Program-made: the position numbers and the translations under genes | Assembly (NCBI GenBank): GCA_046484865.1 | Contig: JAWOID010000029.1 | Span: 19,922-83,921, forward strand | DNA from: Candidatus Krumholzibacteriia bacterium | Lineage (GTDB): Bacteria; Krumholzibacteriota; Krumholzibacteriia; LZORAL124-64-63 | Reading direction: 5' to 3' | Length of the DNA stretch: 64,000 nucleotides | Notes under the pieces: model-generated | Databases searched by the model: none | What the model saw: only the letters and a program-made list of their open reading frames with translations | What the model was told of the DNA's origin: nothing | In this document: positions 1 through 11,831 of the stretch, piece after piece | Layout of the letters: each line of letters begins with the position of its first letter | Numbering within the stretch: the first letter of the stretch is position 1

Positions 1-143
1 CCGACTCCGTCGACTGACGCACGGAACGCATGGGGTCGGCTGCACGTGGGCTGACCGGGCAGCCGGGTGCGGGGGTGCGGTCGCCTGACAGCACCCCCGC
101 CCTCGCGAGGAGCGCACGGGTGCAGGAACGGGCGGGAACGGAG

Positions 144-701
144 GTGTCCGGGTGGAGCGACGACGAGCTCGTGGCTGCCGTGGCGCAAGGGGACGAGGCG
201 GCGATGCGCACCCTCGTGGAGCGCTGGGAGCGACCGCTGCTCGGATTGCTGCGCCACCTGCTCGGCTCCGTGGAGGATGCCGAGGATCTGGCCCAGGAGA
301 CGTTCGTGCGCGTCTTCGAGCAGGCGAGGGATTACCGGGCACAGGGACTGTTCCGGTCGTGGCTGTTCCGCATCGCCGCCAATCTCGCCCGCAGCGGCCT
401 GCGCCGGCGGCGCATCGTGCGCTGGGTGACGTTCGAACCGCTGCGCCACGACCGTCCGGCCCCCGGGCGCACGGCGGAGGACGAGCTGGCGGCGGCCGAG
501 GAGCGCGAGCGGCTGCACCGCGCCCTGGCGCGATTGCCCTGGCGGCAACGCGAGGCGGTCGTACTCAAGCGCTTCCAGGGGCTGAGCTACGGCGAGATCG
601 CCGGCATTCTGGGTACGACGGTCCCTGGAGTGGAGTCGCTGCTGCAGCGCGCGGCCACGGGCCTGCGCGCCCATCTGGAGCGTGAAGGAGGCGGGTCATG
701 A
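144..701 (+). CDS. ECF (sigma-70 group 4) RNA polymerase sigma factor
   Basis: Region 2 motif DAEDLAQETFVRV...FRSWLFRIAAN and region 4 LPWRQREAVVL...LSYGEIA. GTG start at 144 chosen; the ORF is open from 30. Confidence 0.92.
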   Translation: MSGWSDDELVAAVAQGDEAAMRTLVERWERPLLGLLRHLLGSVEDAEDLAQETFVRVFEQARDYRAQGLFRSWLFRIAANLARSGLRRRRIVRWVTFEPLRHDRPAPGRTAEDELAAAEERERLHRALARLPWRQREAVVLKRFQGLSYGEIAGILGTTVPGVESLLQRAATGLRAHLEREGGGS

Positions 702-1228
702 GTTCCCGCGCAGAGGAGCGCCGCGAGCACCGGACAAGCGGGTCGGTCGAGCACGTTCGGCACCGGCTGCAGGCCTACGTCGATGGCGAGCTGCCGGAGA
801 GCGAGCGCACCGCCGTCGAGCGGCACTGTGAGGGCTGCGCCGGGTGCCGGGCCGGTCTGGCGGAGCTCGCGGCCCTCTGGAACCGGGTGGAAGCCGCGCG
901 GCTTCCCGAGCCCACCGGAACGCCGGGGCTCTGGTCCCGGGTTCGGCCCGGCGCCGGCGGCGACGCCGACCACGGGCGGAGTGCGGGGCGGCGGCCGGAT
1001 CGCGCTGGCCGGCGATCGCCGCGGCTCCACTGGGGATTCTCGGGTGCGGCACTGGCGGCGGGCGTGGCGCTCGGCCTGCTGGTGGGGCGCGGCGGGCAGC
1101 CCGCCGGAAGCGAGTCTGCGCCGGACCTGGCGTTGTTCGGGGTCGAATCGGTGATCCTGAGCGACGCGGAAGGCACCCTGGGGGCACTGTGGCTGGCTGC
1201 CGCCGCAGGCGAGGAGGACGGCTCGTGA
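698..1228 (+). CDS. zf-HC2 anti-sigma factor with one TM helix
   Basis: LQAYVDGEL...HCEGCAGC (HxxxCxxC), hydrophobic AALAAGVALGLLV segment, ATGA overlap with the sigma gene. Confidence 0.85.
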   Translation: MSSRAEERREHRTSGSVEHVRHRLQAYVDGELPESERTAVERHCEGCAGCRAGLAELAALWNRVEAARLPEPTGTPGLWSRVRPGAGGDADHGRSAGRRPDRAGRRSPRLHWGFSGAALAAGVALGLLVGRGGQPAGSESAPDLALFGVESVILSDAEGTLGALWLAAAAGEEDGS

Positions 1229-1875
1229 GGCGGGGGGTGCTGGTCCTGCTGCTGGTCTCCCTGGGAATCAACCTGGGGCTGGGCTACCGACTGCTCGTGG
1301 AACGGCGTGCGTCCGTGGAGGGTTCGGCCGAAGGAGCCGCGCCCGCGCAGCGGAGCGGAACTGTCGTCCGCCCGGGTCAGACCGGCGGCCCCGGCGGCCC
1401 CGGCGGGGTCGGCGGCCCCGGCAGGCAAGGCGGCCTCGGCCCGGCGCTGCAGGACAGCGCGGTCTGGAGCCGTCAGGTCGACCATCGGCTCGAGCGCTTG
1501 CAGGCGCAGCTCGACCTGCCGCCGGAGCGGGCCGAGGAGTTCGCCCGGCTCCACCGCCAGCATGCCGCGCGACTGTGGGAACTCGGTCGCGAGTTGCGCG
1601 AGCGCCGGCTCGCGGTCCGTGCGGTCCTCGAGTCGAGCCAGCGTGACCGGCACCGCGTCCGGCGTGCGGTGATGGAACTGAACGGCGTGCAGGCGAGGCT
1701 CGACTCGGCGGTGGCCGAGGCCATGCTGGCCGAGCTGGAGGCGTTGCCGCCCGACGGCCAGATCCGCTACCTGGAGGCGTTGCCGTGGCAACGCTGGGGA
1801 CCGGGACGTCACGGTGGGCGCCAGGGCCCGCGGCACGGTCGTCCGGACGCCGGGTGGGGCGGCAGCCAGCCTTGA
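1225..1875 (+). CDS. Spy/CpxP-like periplasmic (heavy-metal sensor type) protein
   Basis: GTGA overlap, N-terminal LLLVSLGINLG anchor, helical body with degenerate LTxxQ-like motifs (LDLPPER, LPPDGQ), Gly/Pro-rich flanks. Confidence 0.7.
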   Translation: MRRGVLVLLLVSLGINLGLGYRLLVERRASVEGSAEGAAPAQRSGTVVRPGQTGGPGGPGGVGGPGRQGGLGPALQDSAVWSRQVDHRLERLQAQLDLPPERAEEFARLHRQHAARLWELGRELRERRLAVRAVLESSQRDRHRVRRAVMELNGVQARLDSAVAEAMLAELEALPPDGQIRYLEALPWQRWGPGRHGGRQGPRHGRPDAGWGGSQP

Positions 1876-1903
1876 CACGACCGATTCCGCCAACGTATTT
1901 AAT
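1872..1903 (+). promoter_or_regulatory. Putative sigma70 promoter for the TPR lipoprotein gene
   Basis: TTGACA at 1872-1877, 18-nt spacer, TATTTAAT at 1896-1903. Confidence 0.55.
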
Positions 1904-2043
1904 GGTGCGGCTCGCGAGGCAGACTTCGCTGCGGCCCGGTGCTCCCCAGAAACGTTTCCGGTGCGACCGACGGCTCCCCACCCTGTCAGGGTCTTTCGTC
2001 ACCACGGTTCACACCGACGTCGCCCATCCCCGAGGGGGTCCTC

Positions 2044-3261
2044 ATGACCAAGGTGCGCTTCATCCTGCTGGTGGTTCTGGCGGCGGTGCTGGCCATGGCG
2101 GGATGCCGCTCGGCTCATACCACGAGTGCCATCCTCTACATCGAGGAGCAGCAGTACCAGAAGGCCGTCAACGTGATCCACGAGGGCTTCCGGTATCGCG
2201 ATGACGAGCCGGACGCTTACTACTGGCTGGGCGAGGCGTACAGCAAGCTGGCGGAGGAAGCCGTCCGGAACAACGATTTCCTGGCCGCCCGGCGCCATTA
2301 CGAGCTTTCCTACGAGAGCTACCTGCGCGCGGTCGAGCTGGGCTCGGAGTCGTTCAGCCAGCAGGTGGAGACAGCCCTGCTGAACAACTACACGCTGCGC
2401 AGCAACGAGGCGAAACAGAATTACCAGCAGCAGTACTACGAGCAGGCGGAAGGCCATTTCCGGCTGGCTTACGCTGCTTTGCCGGACTCGATCGCTTCCA
2501 TCCGCAACATCGCGAGCATGAAGATGGAGCAGGCCTTCAACACCGAGGACGAGCAGGAGCGGCGACGGTTCTTCCAGGACTCGCTGGCGCTGCTCGATCA
2601 GGTGCTGGCCGAGCATCCGGACGCATACCTCCTGCAGGTGAACAAGGCCAGCGTCCTGGCACAGCTCGGCCGGGCCGACGAGGCCGGGCTGATCTACGAC
2701 GAACTGCTGCGCGAGCACGCGGACGATCCGGTGCTGCTGCAGGACGTGGCCCGGCTGTCCCTCACGCAGGGAGATTACGGCCGCGCCGCCGAGCTCAACG
2801 TGCGCACGGCCGACATCTACGCCAACGACACCGACCCGACCAATGACGACGAGATCAAGCAACTGCTCGTGAACGCCGGCACCTGGTTCGCGTTGCCCAA
2901 CGTGGCGCGATTCGAGGAGGCCCTCGCGGCCCTGGATCGCGCGGCGGAGCGCGAGGTGATCGTTCCCAGCGAGCAGCTGATGCTCACGCGCGTGCAGACG
3001 TACTACCAGTACGGCAAGGCGCTGCAGGAGGAGGCGGAAGAGGCCTCGACGCCCGAGCGCCAGGCCGAGCTGCTGCGCGAGGCCGACGCGCAGTTCCAGC
3101 GCTCGGTGGAGGTCGGCAACGCGCTGACGAATCAGTATCCGTCGTCGGCCGAGGGCTACCTCTACCTCATGCTCAGCCACATCGAACTGGAAGACATGAC
3201 GGCGGCGGAGATCAACCAGAAGCAGTACGAGGAACTCAGGACCGAGGGTGTCACGCCCTAG
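2044..3261 (+). CDS. TPR-repeat lipoprotein
   Basis: Signal MTKVRFILLVVLAAVLAMAG-C (lipobox), repeated TPR-like helices (AYYWLGEAY), RBS GAGGGGG. Confidence 0.75.
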   Translation: MTKVRFILLVVLAAVLAMAGCRSAHTTSAILYIEEQQYQKAVNVIHEGFRYRDDEPDAYYWLGEAYSKLAEEAVRNNDFLAARRHYELSYESYLRAVELGSESFSQQVETALLNNYTLRSNEAKQNYQQQYYEQAEGHFRLAYAALPDSIASIRNIASMKMEQAFNTEDEQERRRFFQDSLALLDQVLAEHPDAYLLQVNKASVLAQLGRADEAGLIYDELLREHADDPVLLQDVARLSLTQGDYGRAAELNVRTADIYANDTDPTNDDEIKQLLVNAGTWFALPNVARFEEALAALDRAAEREVIVPSEQLMLTRVQTYYQYGKALQEEAEEASTPERQAELLREADAQFQRSVEVGNALTNQYPSSAEGYLYLMLSHIELEDMTAAEINQKQYEELRTEGVTP

Positions 3262-3581
3262 GTTCGGGCGCGTCTCGCGGCCGGGCGGATGCATGCAGAG
3301 ATGCCCGGCACGCCCCTTGCAACACGCTCGGACGACGCCGTTCACGGCGGCCCGTCCAGGCGCGGGGAATCCGGGTGGGAAAAATGAGTCCCGGAGCTGG
3401 GCAGCAGCCGGAAAATTGTGCTAGATTGTCTGGCAAGTTCCGATCTGCCCGTCGATCCAACACCATCCAAGGGACCGAATTCAAATAGCGGCCACCAGCT
3501 GGCACCGGCGTACGTTCGGGTGTGCCCGTCCATGCTCCCGATAGCGCCCGTCTCCCTCCAGTCACCGATCAGAGGAGAACC

Positions 3582-4829
3582 ATGGACATCAAGGAACTGC
3601 AGGAGATGGCCATCCACGAGCTCGTGGAGGTAGCTCGCGGAATGAACATCGAGGCCGTCAGCACGCTGCGCAAGAGCGAGCTGATCTTCAAGATCCTCGA
3701 GGGTCAGACGGAGAAGAACGGCCTGATCTATGCCGAGGGCGTACTCCAGGTGCTCGCCGAGGGTTATGGCTTCCTGCGTTCGGCCAAGTACAACTACCTG
3801 CCGGGCCCCGACGACATCTACCTCTCGCCGTCCCAGATCAAGAAGTTCGATCTGAAGACGGGCGACACCATAGCCGGGCAGGTGCGACCGCCGAAGGACA
3901 ACGAGCGCTACTTCGCGCTGCTCAAGGTGGAGTCGGTCAACTATCAGGATCCCGAGACGGCCAAGAAGGTCACGCTCTTCGACAATCTGACGCCGCTCTA
4001 CCCCGAGGAACTGATCAACGTCGAGAACAAGCCGACCGACCTGACCACACGACTGATCAACCTCATGGCGCCCATCGGCAAGGGTCAGCGCGGGCTCATC
4101 GTCTCGCCGCCGCGCGCGGGCAAGACCATCATCCTCCAGAAGATCGCCAACTCCATCACGACCAACCATCCCGAGGTGCACCTCATCGTCCTGCTCATCG
4201 ACGAGCGGCCGGAGGAGGTCACGGACATGGCCCGGTCGGTCAACGGCGAGGTGATCAGCTCCACCTTCGACGAACCTGCGGAACGGCACGTGCAGGTGGC
4301 GAACATGGTGCTGGCCAAGAGCCGCCGCCTCGTGGAGCACGGCAAGGACGTGGTGATCCTCCTCGATTCCATCACGCGACTGGCGCGGGCCCACAACGCC
4401 GTGGTGCCGCACTCCGGCAAGATCCTCTCCGGCGGCGTGGATTCGAACGCCCTGCAGAAGCCCAAGCGATTCTTCGGCGCGGCGCGAAACATCGAGGAGG
4501 GGGGCTCGCTGACGATCATCGCGACGGCGCTCATCGAGACCGGTTCGCGCATGGACGAGGTGATCTTCGAGGAGTTCAAGGGCACCGGCAACATGGAACT
4601 GGTACTCGACCGCAAGATCGCGGACCGGCGCATCTACCCGGCGATCGACATCTTCAAGTCGGGTACGCGCAAGGAAGACCTCCTGCTGGACAAGAAGGAC
4701 CTCAGCAAGATCTGGATCCTTCGCAAGTACCTGTCCGACTACAGCCCGATCGAGGCCATGGAATTCCTCATCGACAAGCTCGGCAAGACCAAGGACAACA
4801 ACCAGTTCCTGGCGGCGATGAACACCTGA
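3582..4829 (+). CDS. rho: Transcription termination factor Rho
   Basis: [74 protein letters not shown]. Confidence 0.99.
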   Translation: MDIKELQEMAIHELVEVARGMNIEAVSTLRKSELIFKILEGQTEKNGLIYAEGVLQVLAEGYGFLRSAKYNYLPGPDDIYLSPSQIKKFDLKTGDTIAGQVRPPKDNERYFALLKVESVNYQDPETAKKVTLFDNLTPLYPEELINVENKPTDLTTRLINLMAPIGKGQRGLIVSPPRAGKTIILQKIANSITTNHPEVHLIVLLIDERPEEVTDMARSVNGEVISSTFDEPAERHVQVANMVLAKSRRLVEHGKDVVILLDSITRLARAHNAVVPHSGKILSGGVDSNALQKPKRFFGAARNIEEGGSLTIIATALIETGSRMDEVIFEEFKGTGNMELVLDRKIADRRIYPAIDIFKSGTRKEDLLLDKKDLSKIWILRKYLSDYSPIEAMEFLIDKLGKTKDNNQFLAAMNT

Positions 4830-4923
4830 GCCGCCCGATTCCAGATTTCTCTTGCCCGGGACCCGCTCCGGTATTTCCTTGTGGCCGCACGCGGCAGCAC
4901 CGCAATGGAGAAGGACTGGAAAC

Positions 4924-5142
4924 ATGAAGGACAATATTCACCCCGAGTACGTCGATTGCGAGATCACCTGCCTCTGCGGCAACGTGATCCAGACGCGCTC
5001 GACCAAGCCGAAGCTCAGCGTCGAGATCTGCTCCCAGTGCCATCCGTTCTTCACCGGGCAGCAGAAGATCGTCGATACCGCCGGCCGGATCGAGCGTTTC
5101 CGCAAGCGGTACGAGGGCGTCAACTACGGCGGCAAGAAGTAG
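4924..5142 (+). CDS. rpmE: 50S ribosomal protein L31 (zinc-binding type)
   Basis: MKDNIHPEY...CLCG...[12 protein letters not shown]...[10 protein letters not shown]. Confidence 0.98.
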   Translation: MKDNIHPEYVDCEITCLCGNVIQTRSTKPKLSVEICSQCHPFFTGQQKIVDTAGRIERFRKRYEGVNYGGKK

Positions 5143-5193
5143 CGGCTTGGGGCCGTCGCGGTGGCGACGCCCGCCTTCACGGACCAAGATTGC

Positions 5194-5229
5194 GAGGGTG
5201 CCGGAACGACGAGTCTGGTACCCTCTTTT
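5194..5229 (+). terminator. Intrinsic terminator after rpmE
   Basis: 12-bp stem GAGGGTGCCGGA/TCTGGTACCCTC (two G-U pairs), 8-nt loop, followed by TTTT. Confidence 0.65.
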
Positions 5230-5401
5230 CATTGCCGGCGAGCCGCCGGCCGGGGCCGTGAGCGGGCGTCGAGGGTGCTGCCGGAACTTCCACTTGCAGC
5301 CGGACGTTGCCGTGGGGTCGCGCGGGGGCCCGAGCGATGGCGCCGCGGCGGGCGCAGCTGGCGCCGACGACCCGCAACGGCGCACCCGGAGGGAGAAAGC
5401 G

Positions 5402-6459
5402 ATGCTGCTGAAGAGCCGCGACCGACAGGACGCCGCCGCCCCGGAATGCGATGCCCGACAGCTGGATCTGGCCGTCGGCGGCCAGGCCGTGATCGAGGGC
5501 GTGATGATGCGCAGCCCCACCGCCCTGGCCACAGCGGTGCGCACTCCGGACGGGCGGGTGGTCATCCGCAAGAAGCCCTTCCGCAGCATCGTCCGGAAGC
5601 TCCCGTTCCTGAACGTCCCGGTGCTGCGCGGCGGCGTGCACCTGGTGGAGACGATCGGGCTGGGCATCGACGCGCTCATGTTCTCGGCCGACCAGTCCAT
5701 CAGCGAGGACCGGGTGGACCGGAGCAAGCCGCGCCTGCGCGACACGGCGATGATGTGGGGCACCGTCGTGCTGGCCTTCGCGCTCAGCCTCGGCCTCTTC
5801 TTCTATCTGCCGCTGGTCCTGACGGATCTGATCGGGGTGGAAGGGACGCTCTGGTTCAACGTGGTGGACGGCATCATCCGGGTGGCTCTGTTCGTGGCCT
5901 ACCTGCTGGCGGTGAGCAAGCTGCCGGACATGGCCCGCGTCTTCCAGTATCACGGGGCGGAGCACAAGTCGATCCACGCGTTCGAGAACGGCCGCCCGCT
6001 CACCGCGGCGGGGGCGCGCCCCTTCACCACGCTCCACCCGCGCTGCGGCACCAGCTTCCTCTTCTTCGTGATGCTCATCTCCATCCTGGTGTTCGTCGCG
6101 CTCGGCAAACCCGACTCGGTGGGGGATCGCCTGGAGCGGCTGCTGTTCGTGCCCCTCATCGGCGGTCTGGCATACGAGGCCATCAAGCTCTCCGGCCGCT
6201 TCGCCACGGCCTGGTGGCTGAAGCCCGCCATCGGTCCGGGCCTGGCCCTGCAGCGGATCACCACCAGCCCGCCCGACGACAGCCAGCTCGAGGTGGGAAT
6301 GGCCGCCCTGCGCGCCGTGCTTGCGCCGGAAGCCGATGGCTTCGCCACCAGGGTCTACTACGACCTCCCCGAGACGGCCGACGAGGATGACGCCGGCGCG
6401 AACGAGGACGGAGCCCTGACGGCCGGCGACGCTGCCGCGGAGCGGCCGGGAGGCGCCGC

Positions 6460-6463
<4 letters not shown>
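5402..6463 (+). CDS. DUF1385 (YqhQ-like) membrane protein
   Basis: [30 protein letters not shown]; usual rpmE-prfA context. Confidence 0.93.
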
Positions 6464-7536
<1,073 letters not shown>

Positions 7537-7567
7537 CGCGGTTGAACCCGCCCCCGCCGGCGCGCAC

Positions 7568-8446
7568 ATGACCGACCTGCACAGCATTCGCGAACTGATC
7601 CGGGTGACGACGGCGTACCTCGAGCAACGGGGCGTGGAGTCGGCGCGGCTGAACGCCGAGCGTTTGCTCGCCGACGTCCTGGACCTCTCGCGCATGGAGC
7701 TGTACTTCCAGCACGACCGGCCGGTGGCGGGCGCGGAACTCGACCGCTATCGCGATCTCGTGCGGCAGCGCGGCCGCGGCGAGCCGCTGCAGACGCTCAT
7801 CGGCGAGGCCGAGTTCTACTCCCGTCCGTTCAAGGTGGAGCCCGGGGTCTTCATTCCGCGGCCGGAGACGGAGCGACTGGTGGAACTGGCGGTCCAGATG
7901 CTGACGCCGCCGGACCATCGTCTCCTGGCGCCCCGGGCCATGGAGATCGGAGCGGGCAGCGGCGTGATCGCCTGCTCGCTGGCGCTCGAGGTGCCCCGGC
8001 TCGAGATCTGGACCACCGACGTGAACCCGCGCGCGGTGGCTCTGACGGAGGACAACGCCGGCCGCCTGGGCGTGGGCGCCCGCGTGCACCCGTTGCAGGG
8101 CGACCTCGCCTTTGCTCTGCCGGCGACCTTGCGCGGGTCCGTGGACCTGCTGGTGAGCAATCCGCCGTACGTCCGCAGCGGCGACCTGGCCGGTTTGCCG
8201 AGAGAGGTCCGCCGCGACCCGCCGGCGGCGCTGGACGGCGGGCCCGACGGGCTGCGCTTCTATCGTGCCGTCGCCGAGCTCGCGCCGGAATGGCTGCGGC
8301 CGGGGGCGGGCCTGGCGCTGGAGATCGGCGACGACCAGGGCGAACCGGTGGCGGCGATCGTCACGGCCGCCGGCGGCACCCAGGTGACCGTGCACGAGGA
8401 CTACGCCCGCCGTCCGCGTGTGGTGACCGCGCGCTGGCCGGGCTGA
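7568..8446 (+). CDS. prmC: Release factor glutamine methyltransferase
   Basis: VFIPRPETE, EIGAGSG, SNPPY, ALDGGPDGL; follows prfA. Confidence 0.96.
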   Translation: MTDLHSIRELIRVTTAYLEQRGVESARLNAERLLADVLDLSRMELYFQHDRPVAGAELDRYRDLVRQRGRGEPLQTLIGEAEFYSRPFKVEPGVFIPRPETERLVELAVQMLTPPDHRLLAPRAMEIGAGSGVIACSLALEVPRLEIWTTDVNPRAVALTEDNAGRLGVGARVHPLQGDLAFALPATLRGSVDLLVSNPPYVRSGDLAGLPREVRRDPPAALDGGPDGLRFYRAVAELAPEWLRPGAGLALEIGDDQGEPVAAIVTAAGGTQVTVHEDYARRPRVVTARWPG

Positions 8447-8580
8447 CGGCCGAGCGGTCGGGAACCGGGGTTGTCGCGGTCACGGCCGCGACGAGGGCGT
8501 GAGGATCGCCGCGAGGACCACGGGCCGCCGCGGTCGAGGCCACGGCGGAACGGTCGGGCCGCTCCAGGAGGACGTCGACG

Positions 8581-9837
8581 TTGGATCGCTTCGTGATCGA
8601 GGGACCCACCCGCCTGGAGGGCGAGGTGGCGGTGGCCGGCGCCAAGAACGCCGTCCTGCCGTTGATGGCGGCATCGCTGCTGGCGCGCGGCGAGTCGGTG
8701 ATCGAGAACGTCCCCGACCTCCAGGACGTGCGCTTCTTCCTGCAACTCCTGCAGCGGCTCGGCGTCCGGGGCGCCCTCGAGGACCACGTCCTGCGACTGG
8801 ACACGAGCGCGGTCGAGTCCCACGAGGCGCCCTACGACGTGGTGCGCAAGATGCGCGCGAGCATCTACGTGCTGGGACCGCTGCTCGCGAGGCGCGGCCG
8901 CGCGCGGGTGTCGCTGCCGGGCGGTTGCGCGTGGGGGCCGCGGCCGGTGGATCTGCACCTGGGCGGGTTGCGGGCCCTCGGGGCCGAGTTGCGCCTCGAC
9001 GAGGGCTACATCGACGCATTCGTGGATGGCGGCCTGCGGGGCGGGCGGTTCCGGTTCGAGCCCAGCTCGGTGGGCGCCACCGCGAACGTCCTCATGGCGG
9101 CCGTGCTGGCGGACGGCGAAACGGTGCTGGAGAATGCGGCGCTCGAACCGGAGGTCAGCCACCTGGCGCTGGCGCTCGTCGAGTCCGGCGCCCGCATCGA
9201 GGGCATCGGCACCCCGCGCCTGGCGATCCGGGGCGTGGCCGCACTCGCGCCGCTGCGCACGCGGGTGATCGCCGACCGGATCGAGGCGGGCACCTTCCTG
9301 GCCGCCGTGGCGGTTGCCGGCGGTCGGGTGCGGCTCACCGGGTGCGATCCCGAGCACCTGGGCAGCGTGCTCGCGGTGCTGGAGCAGGCGGGCTGCCGGC
9401 TGGGCGTGGAGGGTCGCGACCTCCTGGTGGAGGCGGAGGGGCGGCCGCGGCCGCTGGATCTGGTCACCCGGCCCTATCCCGGCCTGCCCACGGACATGCA
9501 GGCGCAGCTCATGGCCGCCTGCGCGCTCGCCGACGGCGACAGCCGCATCACCGAGACCATCTACCTGGACCGGTTCACCCACGTGGCGGAACTGGTGCGG
9601 CTGGGCGCACGCATCCGCGTCGATGGCGCCACCGCCGTCGTGGAGGGCATGCCGCGGCTGCAAGGGGCGCCCGTGATGGCCACCGACCTGCGCGCGAGCG
9701 CCGCCCTCGTGCTCGCCGGCGTGGCCGCTCACGGCACCACGCGGGTCAACCGGGTGTATCACATCGATCGCGGCTACGAGCGGATCGAGGAGAAGCTGGG
9801 CCGGCTCGGCGCGCGCATCCGCCGAGAGCGCGACTGA
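8581..9837 (+). CDS. murA: UDP-N-acetylglucosamine 1-carboxyvinyltransferase
   Basis: GAKNAVLP, KMRASIYVLGPL, LPGGCAWGPRPVDLH (catalytic Cys), DRIEAGT, DLRASA. TTG start after AGGAGG. Confidence 0.98.
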   Translation: MDRFVIEGPTRLEGEVAVAGAKNAVLPLMAASLLARGESVIENVPDLQDVRFFLQLLQRLGVRGALEDHVLRLDTSAVESHEAPYDVVRKMRASIYVLGPLLARRGRARVSLPGGCAWGPRPVDLHLGGLRALGAELRLDEGYIDAFVDGGLRGGRFRFEPSSVGATANVLMAAVLADGETVLENAALEPEVSHLALALVESGARIEGIGTPRLAIRGVAALAPLRTRVIADRIEAGTFLAAVAVAGGRVRLTGCDPEHLGSVLAVLEQAGCRLGVEGRDLLVEAEGRPRPLDLVTRPYPGLPTDMQAQLMAACALADGDSRITETIYLDRFTHVAELVRLGARIRVDGATAVVEGMPRLQGAPVMATDLRASAALVLAGVAAHGTTRVNRVYHIDRGYERIEEKLGRLGARIRRERD

Positions 9838-9863
9838 ACCGGTCCCCGCGGCGGGAGTGCGAC

Positions 9864-11831
9864 GTGGAGCAGACCCACTACATCCTGGGCGTGGCCGGCC
9901 ACGTGGATCACGGCAAGACGGCCCTCATCCGGGCCCTGACCGGCGTGAACACCGACCGCCTCAAGGAGGAGCAGGAGCGCGGCATCAGCATCGAGCTGGG
10001 GTTCGCCGAGCTACCGCTGGCTGGCGGCTTGAGCCTGGGCGTGGTGGACATGCCCGGCCACGAGCGCTTCGTGCGGCAGATGGTGGCCGGTGCCGGCGGC
10101 GTGGACCTCGCCCTGCTGGTGGTGGCCGCCGACGAGGGCGTCATGCCGCAGACGGTGGAACATCTGGAGATCCTCGACTCGCTGGACGTGCGCGGCGGCG
10201 TGGTGGTGCTGAGCAAGCTGGACCAGGTGGACGACGAGCTGGTCGAGGTCGCGCGCGAGGAGCTGCTGGAACTCCTGGAGGGAACGTTCCTGGAGGGACG
10301 ACCGGTCGTCGGCACGTCCGTGCCCGCAGGGCGTGGTCTCGACGAGCTGCGCGCGGCCCTGACCGCCGAGGCGCACCGGCTGACGCCCCGCCCGGAGGCT
10401 CCCTTCCGTCTGCCCGTGGACCGCGTCTTCACCATGCCCGGCGCCGGAGCCGTCGTGACGGGCACGTGCTGGAGCGGCCGGGCCCGCCCGGGCGACCATC
10501 TGGTGGTGGAGCCGGGCGGCCGCAAGGTGAGGGTGCGGGAGACCCAGGTGCACGGCCGGCGTGCCGCCGAGGTGCGTGCCGGCCAGCGCGTCGCCCTGGC
10601 CCTGCACGGGTTGAAGAAGGAGGACCTCGCTCGCGGCGACCAGGTGCTGGCGCCCGGCGCGGCCACGGTGACCCGCCGCGTGGACCTGCGCGTGAACCTC
10701 TTTCCGCGCTACGGCGGTTCGCTCCGCAACCGGCAGCGCCTGCACGTGCATCACGCGGGACGTGAGGCTCTGGCGCGCATCGTCCTGCTGGATGCCGAGG
10801 AACTGGGGGGCGACGGCCGCCCGCGCACCGGGCTCTGCCAGCTCCACCTCGAGGAGGCGCTCGTCGCCAGACCGGGCGACCGTCTGGTGCTGCGCTTCTA
10901 TTCGCCCGTCACCTCGATTGCCGGGGGTGTGGTCCTGGACGTGGATCCGGGTCGTCATCGCCGCTTCGCGGACGACGTGCTCACCGCCCTCGAGGTGCGC
11001 GAGCAGGGCGATCCGGCCGATCTCCTGCGGCAGGAACTGCTCGCCGCAGGCCTGGCGGGAGTCGAGCGCAACGCTGCCGCGGCGGGTGCCGAGCTGCCGG
11101 AGGCGGTGGCGGTCGGGCCGCGCCTCTACCACGCGGCGGTGCTGGAGCGGGAGGCTGATGCGGTGGCCGGCCTGGTCCGCGACCATGCGCAGCGCTACCC
11201 GCTGCGGCTTGGCATATCCAAGGAAGAGGTGCGGCGCCGCCGGCGCTTCCCGGGCTCGGCCGCCGACTGGAACGCTCTCTGCCAGGTCCTGGCGCCGCTC
11301 GGCGGCTGGGTGGTGGCCGGTGACCGCCTGGCGCTGGGTCCCGAGGGGCCGCCGCTGCCACCGGAGTTGCAGGACGCCGTGGACCGGCGCGAGCGCGCGC
11401 TGCGCGGGATCGGGCTGAACTGGCCGGGGGGAAAGGCCTTCGCCGCCTCCCAGCCGCCGCTGCCGGCCGGCGGCGATCGCGAATTGCGGGAGGACGACGT
11501 GCTGCGTCACCTGGTCGATCACGGACGTGCCGTCCAGGTGGCGCCCGACTACCATGTGCATCCCGACGCGCTCGCCGATCTCACCGAGCGCTTGCGAGCT
11601 CACTTCGCCAGCCAGGACGGTCAGGCCTCTCTCGAGTTCGGGAGCTTCCGCGAGCTCAGCGGCCTCAGCCGGAAACTGGGCATTCCCATGCTGGAGTATC
11701 TGGACGGGGTCGGCATCACGCGGCGGGAGGGCGATCTGCGCCGGCCGGGGCCGAGGCTCGCCGGCGTTTCCGCGGACGCACCGGCGACCGGGGCCAGGGG
11801 CGAAGCGGACCAGGAGACGGAGACATCATGA
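9864..11831 (+). CDS. selB: Selenocysteine-specific elongation factor
   Basis: GVAGHVDHGKT, DRLKEEQERGISIELGF, DMPGHERF, C-terminal winged-helix LSRKLGIPMLEYLD. GTG start inside the longer listed ORF. Confidence 0.95.
   Translation: MEQTHYILGVAGHVDHGKTALIRALTGVNTDRLKEEQERGISIELGFAELPLAGGLSLGVVDMPGHERFVRQMVAGAGGVDLALLVVAADEGVMPQTVEHLEILDSLDVRGGVVVLSKLDQVDDELVEVAREELLELLEGTFLEGRPVVGTSVPAGRGLDELRAALTAEAHRLTPRPEAPFRLPVDRVFTMPGAGAVVTGTCWSGRARPGDHLVVEPGGRKVRVRETQVHGRRAAEVRAGQRVALALHGLKKEDLARGDQVLAPGAATVTRRVDLRVNLFPRYGGSLRNRQRLHVHHAGREALARIVLLDAEELGGDGRPRTGLCQLHLEEALVARPGDRLVLRFYSPVTSIAGGVVLDVDPGRHRRFADDVLTALEVREQGDPADLLRQELLAAGLAGVERNAAAAGAELPEAVAVGPRLYHAAVLEREADAVAGLVRDHAQRYPLRLGISKEEVRRRRRFPGSAADWNALCQVLAPLGGWVVAGDRLALGPEGPPLPPELQDAVDRRERALRGIGLNWPGGKAFAASQPPLPAGGDRELREDDVLRHLVDHGRAVQVAPDYHVHPDALADLTERLRAHFASQDGQASLEFGSFRELSGLSRKLGIPMLEYLDGVGITRREGDLRRPGPRLAGVSADAPATGARGEADQETETS

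Noticed and set aside
1384..1422. 9-bp GGCGGCCCC tandem repeat
   Set aside because: Encodes an ordinary Gly-Gly-Pro linker typical of Spy-like proteins.
3470..3545. TTCAAA as a possible tRNA-Sec anticodon loop
   Set aside because: No anticodon stem, acceptor stem or T-arm could be built.
8499..9863. 1110-aa ORF suggesting a long N-terminal SelB fusion
   Set aside because: The upstream part is an off-frame Arg/Gly/Pro-rich shadow of murA; SelB homology starts at 9864.
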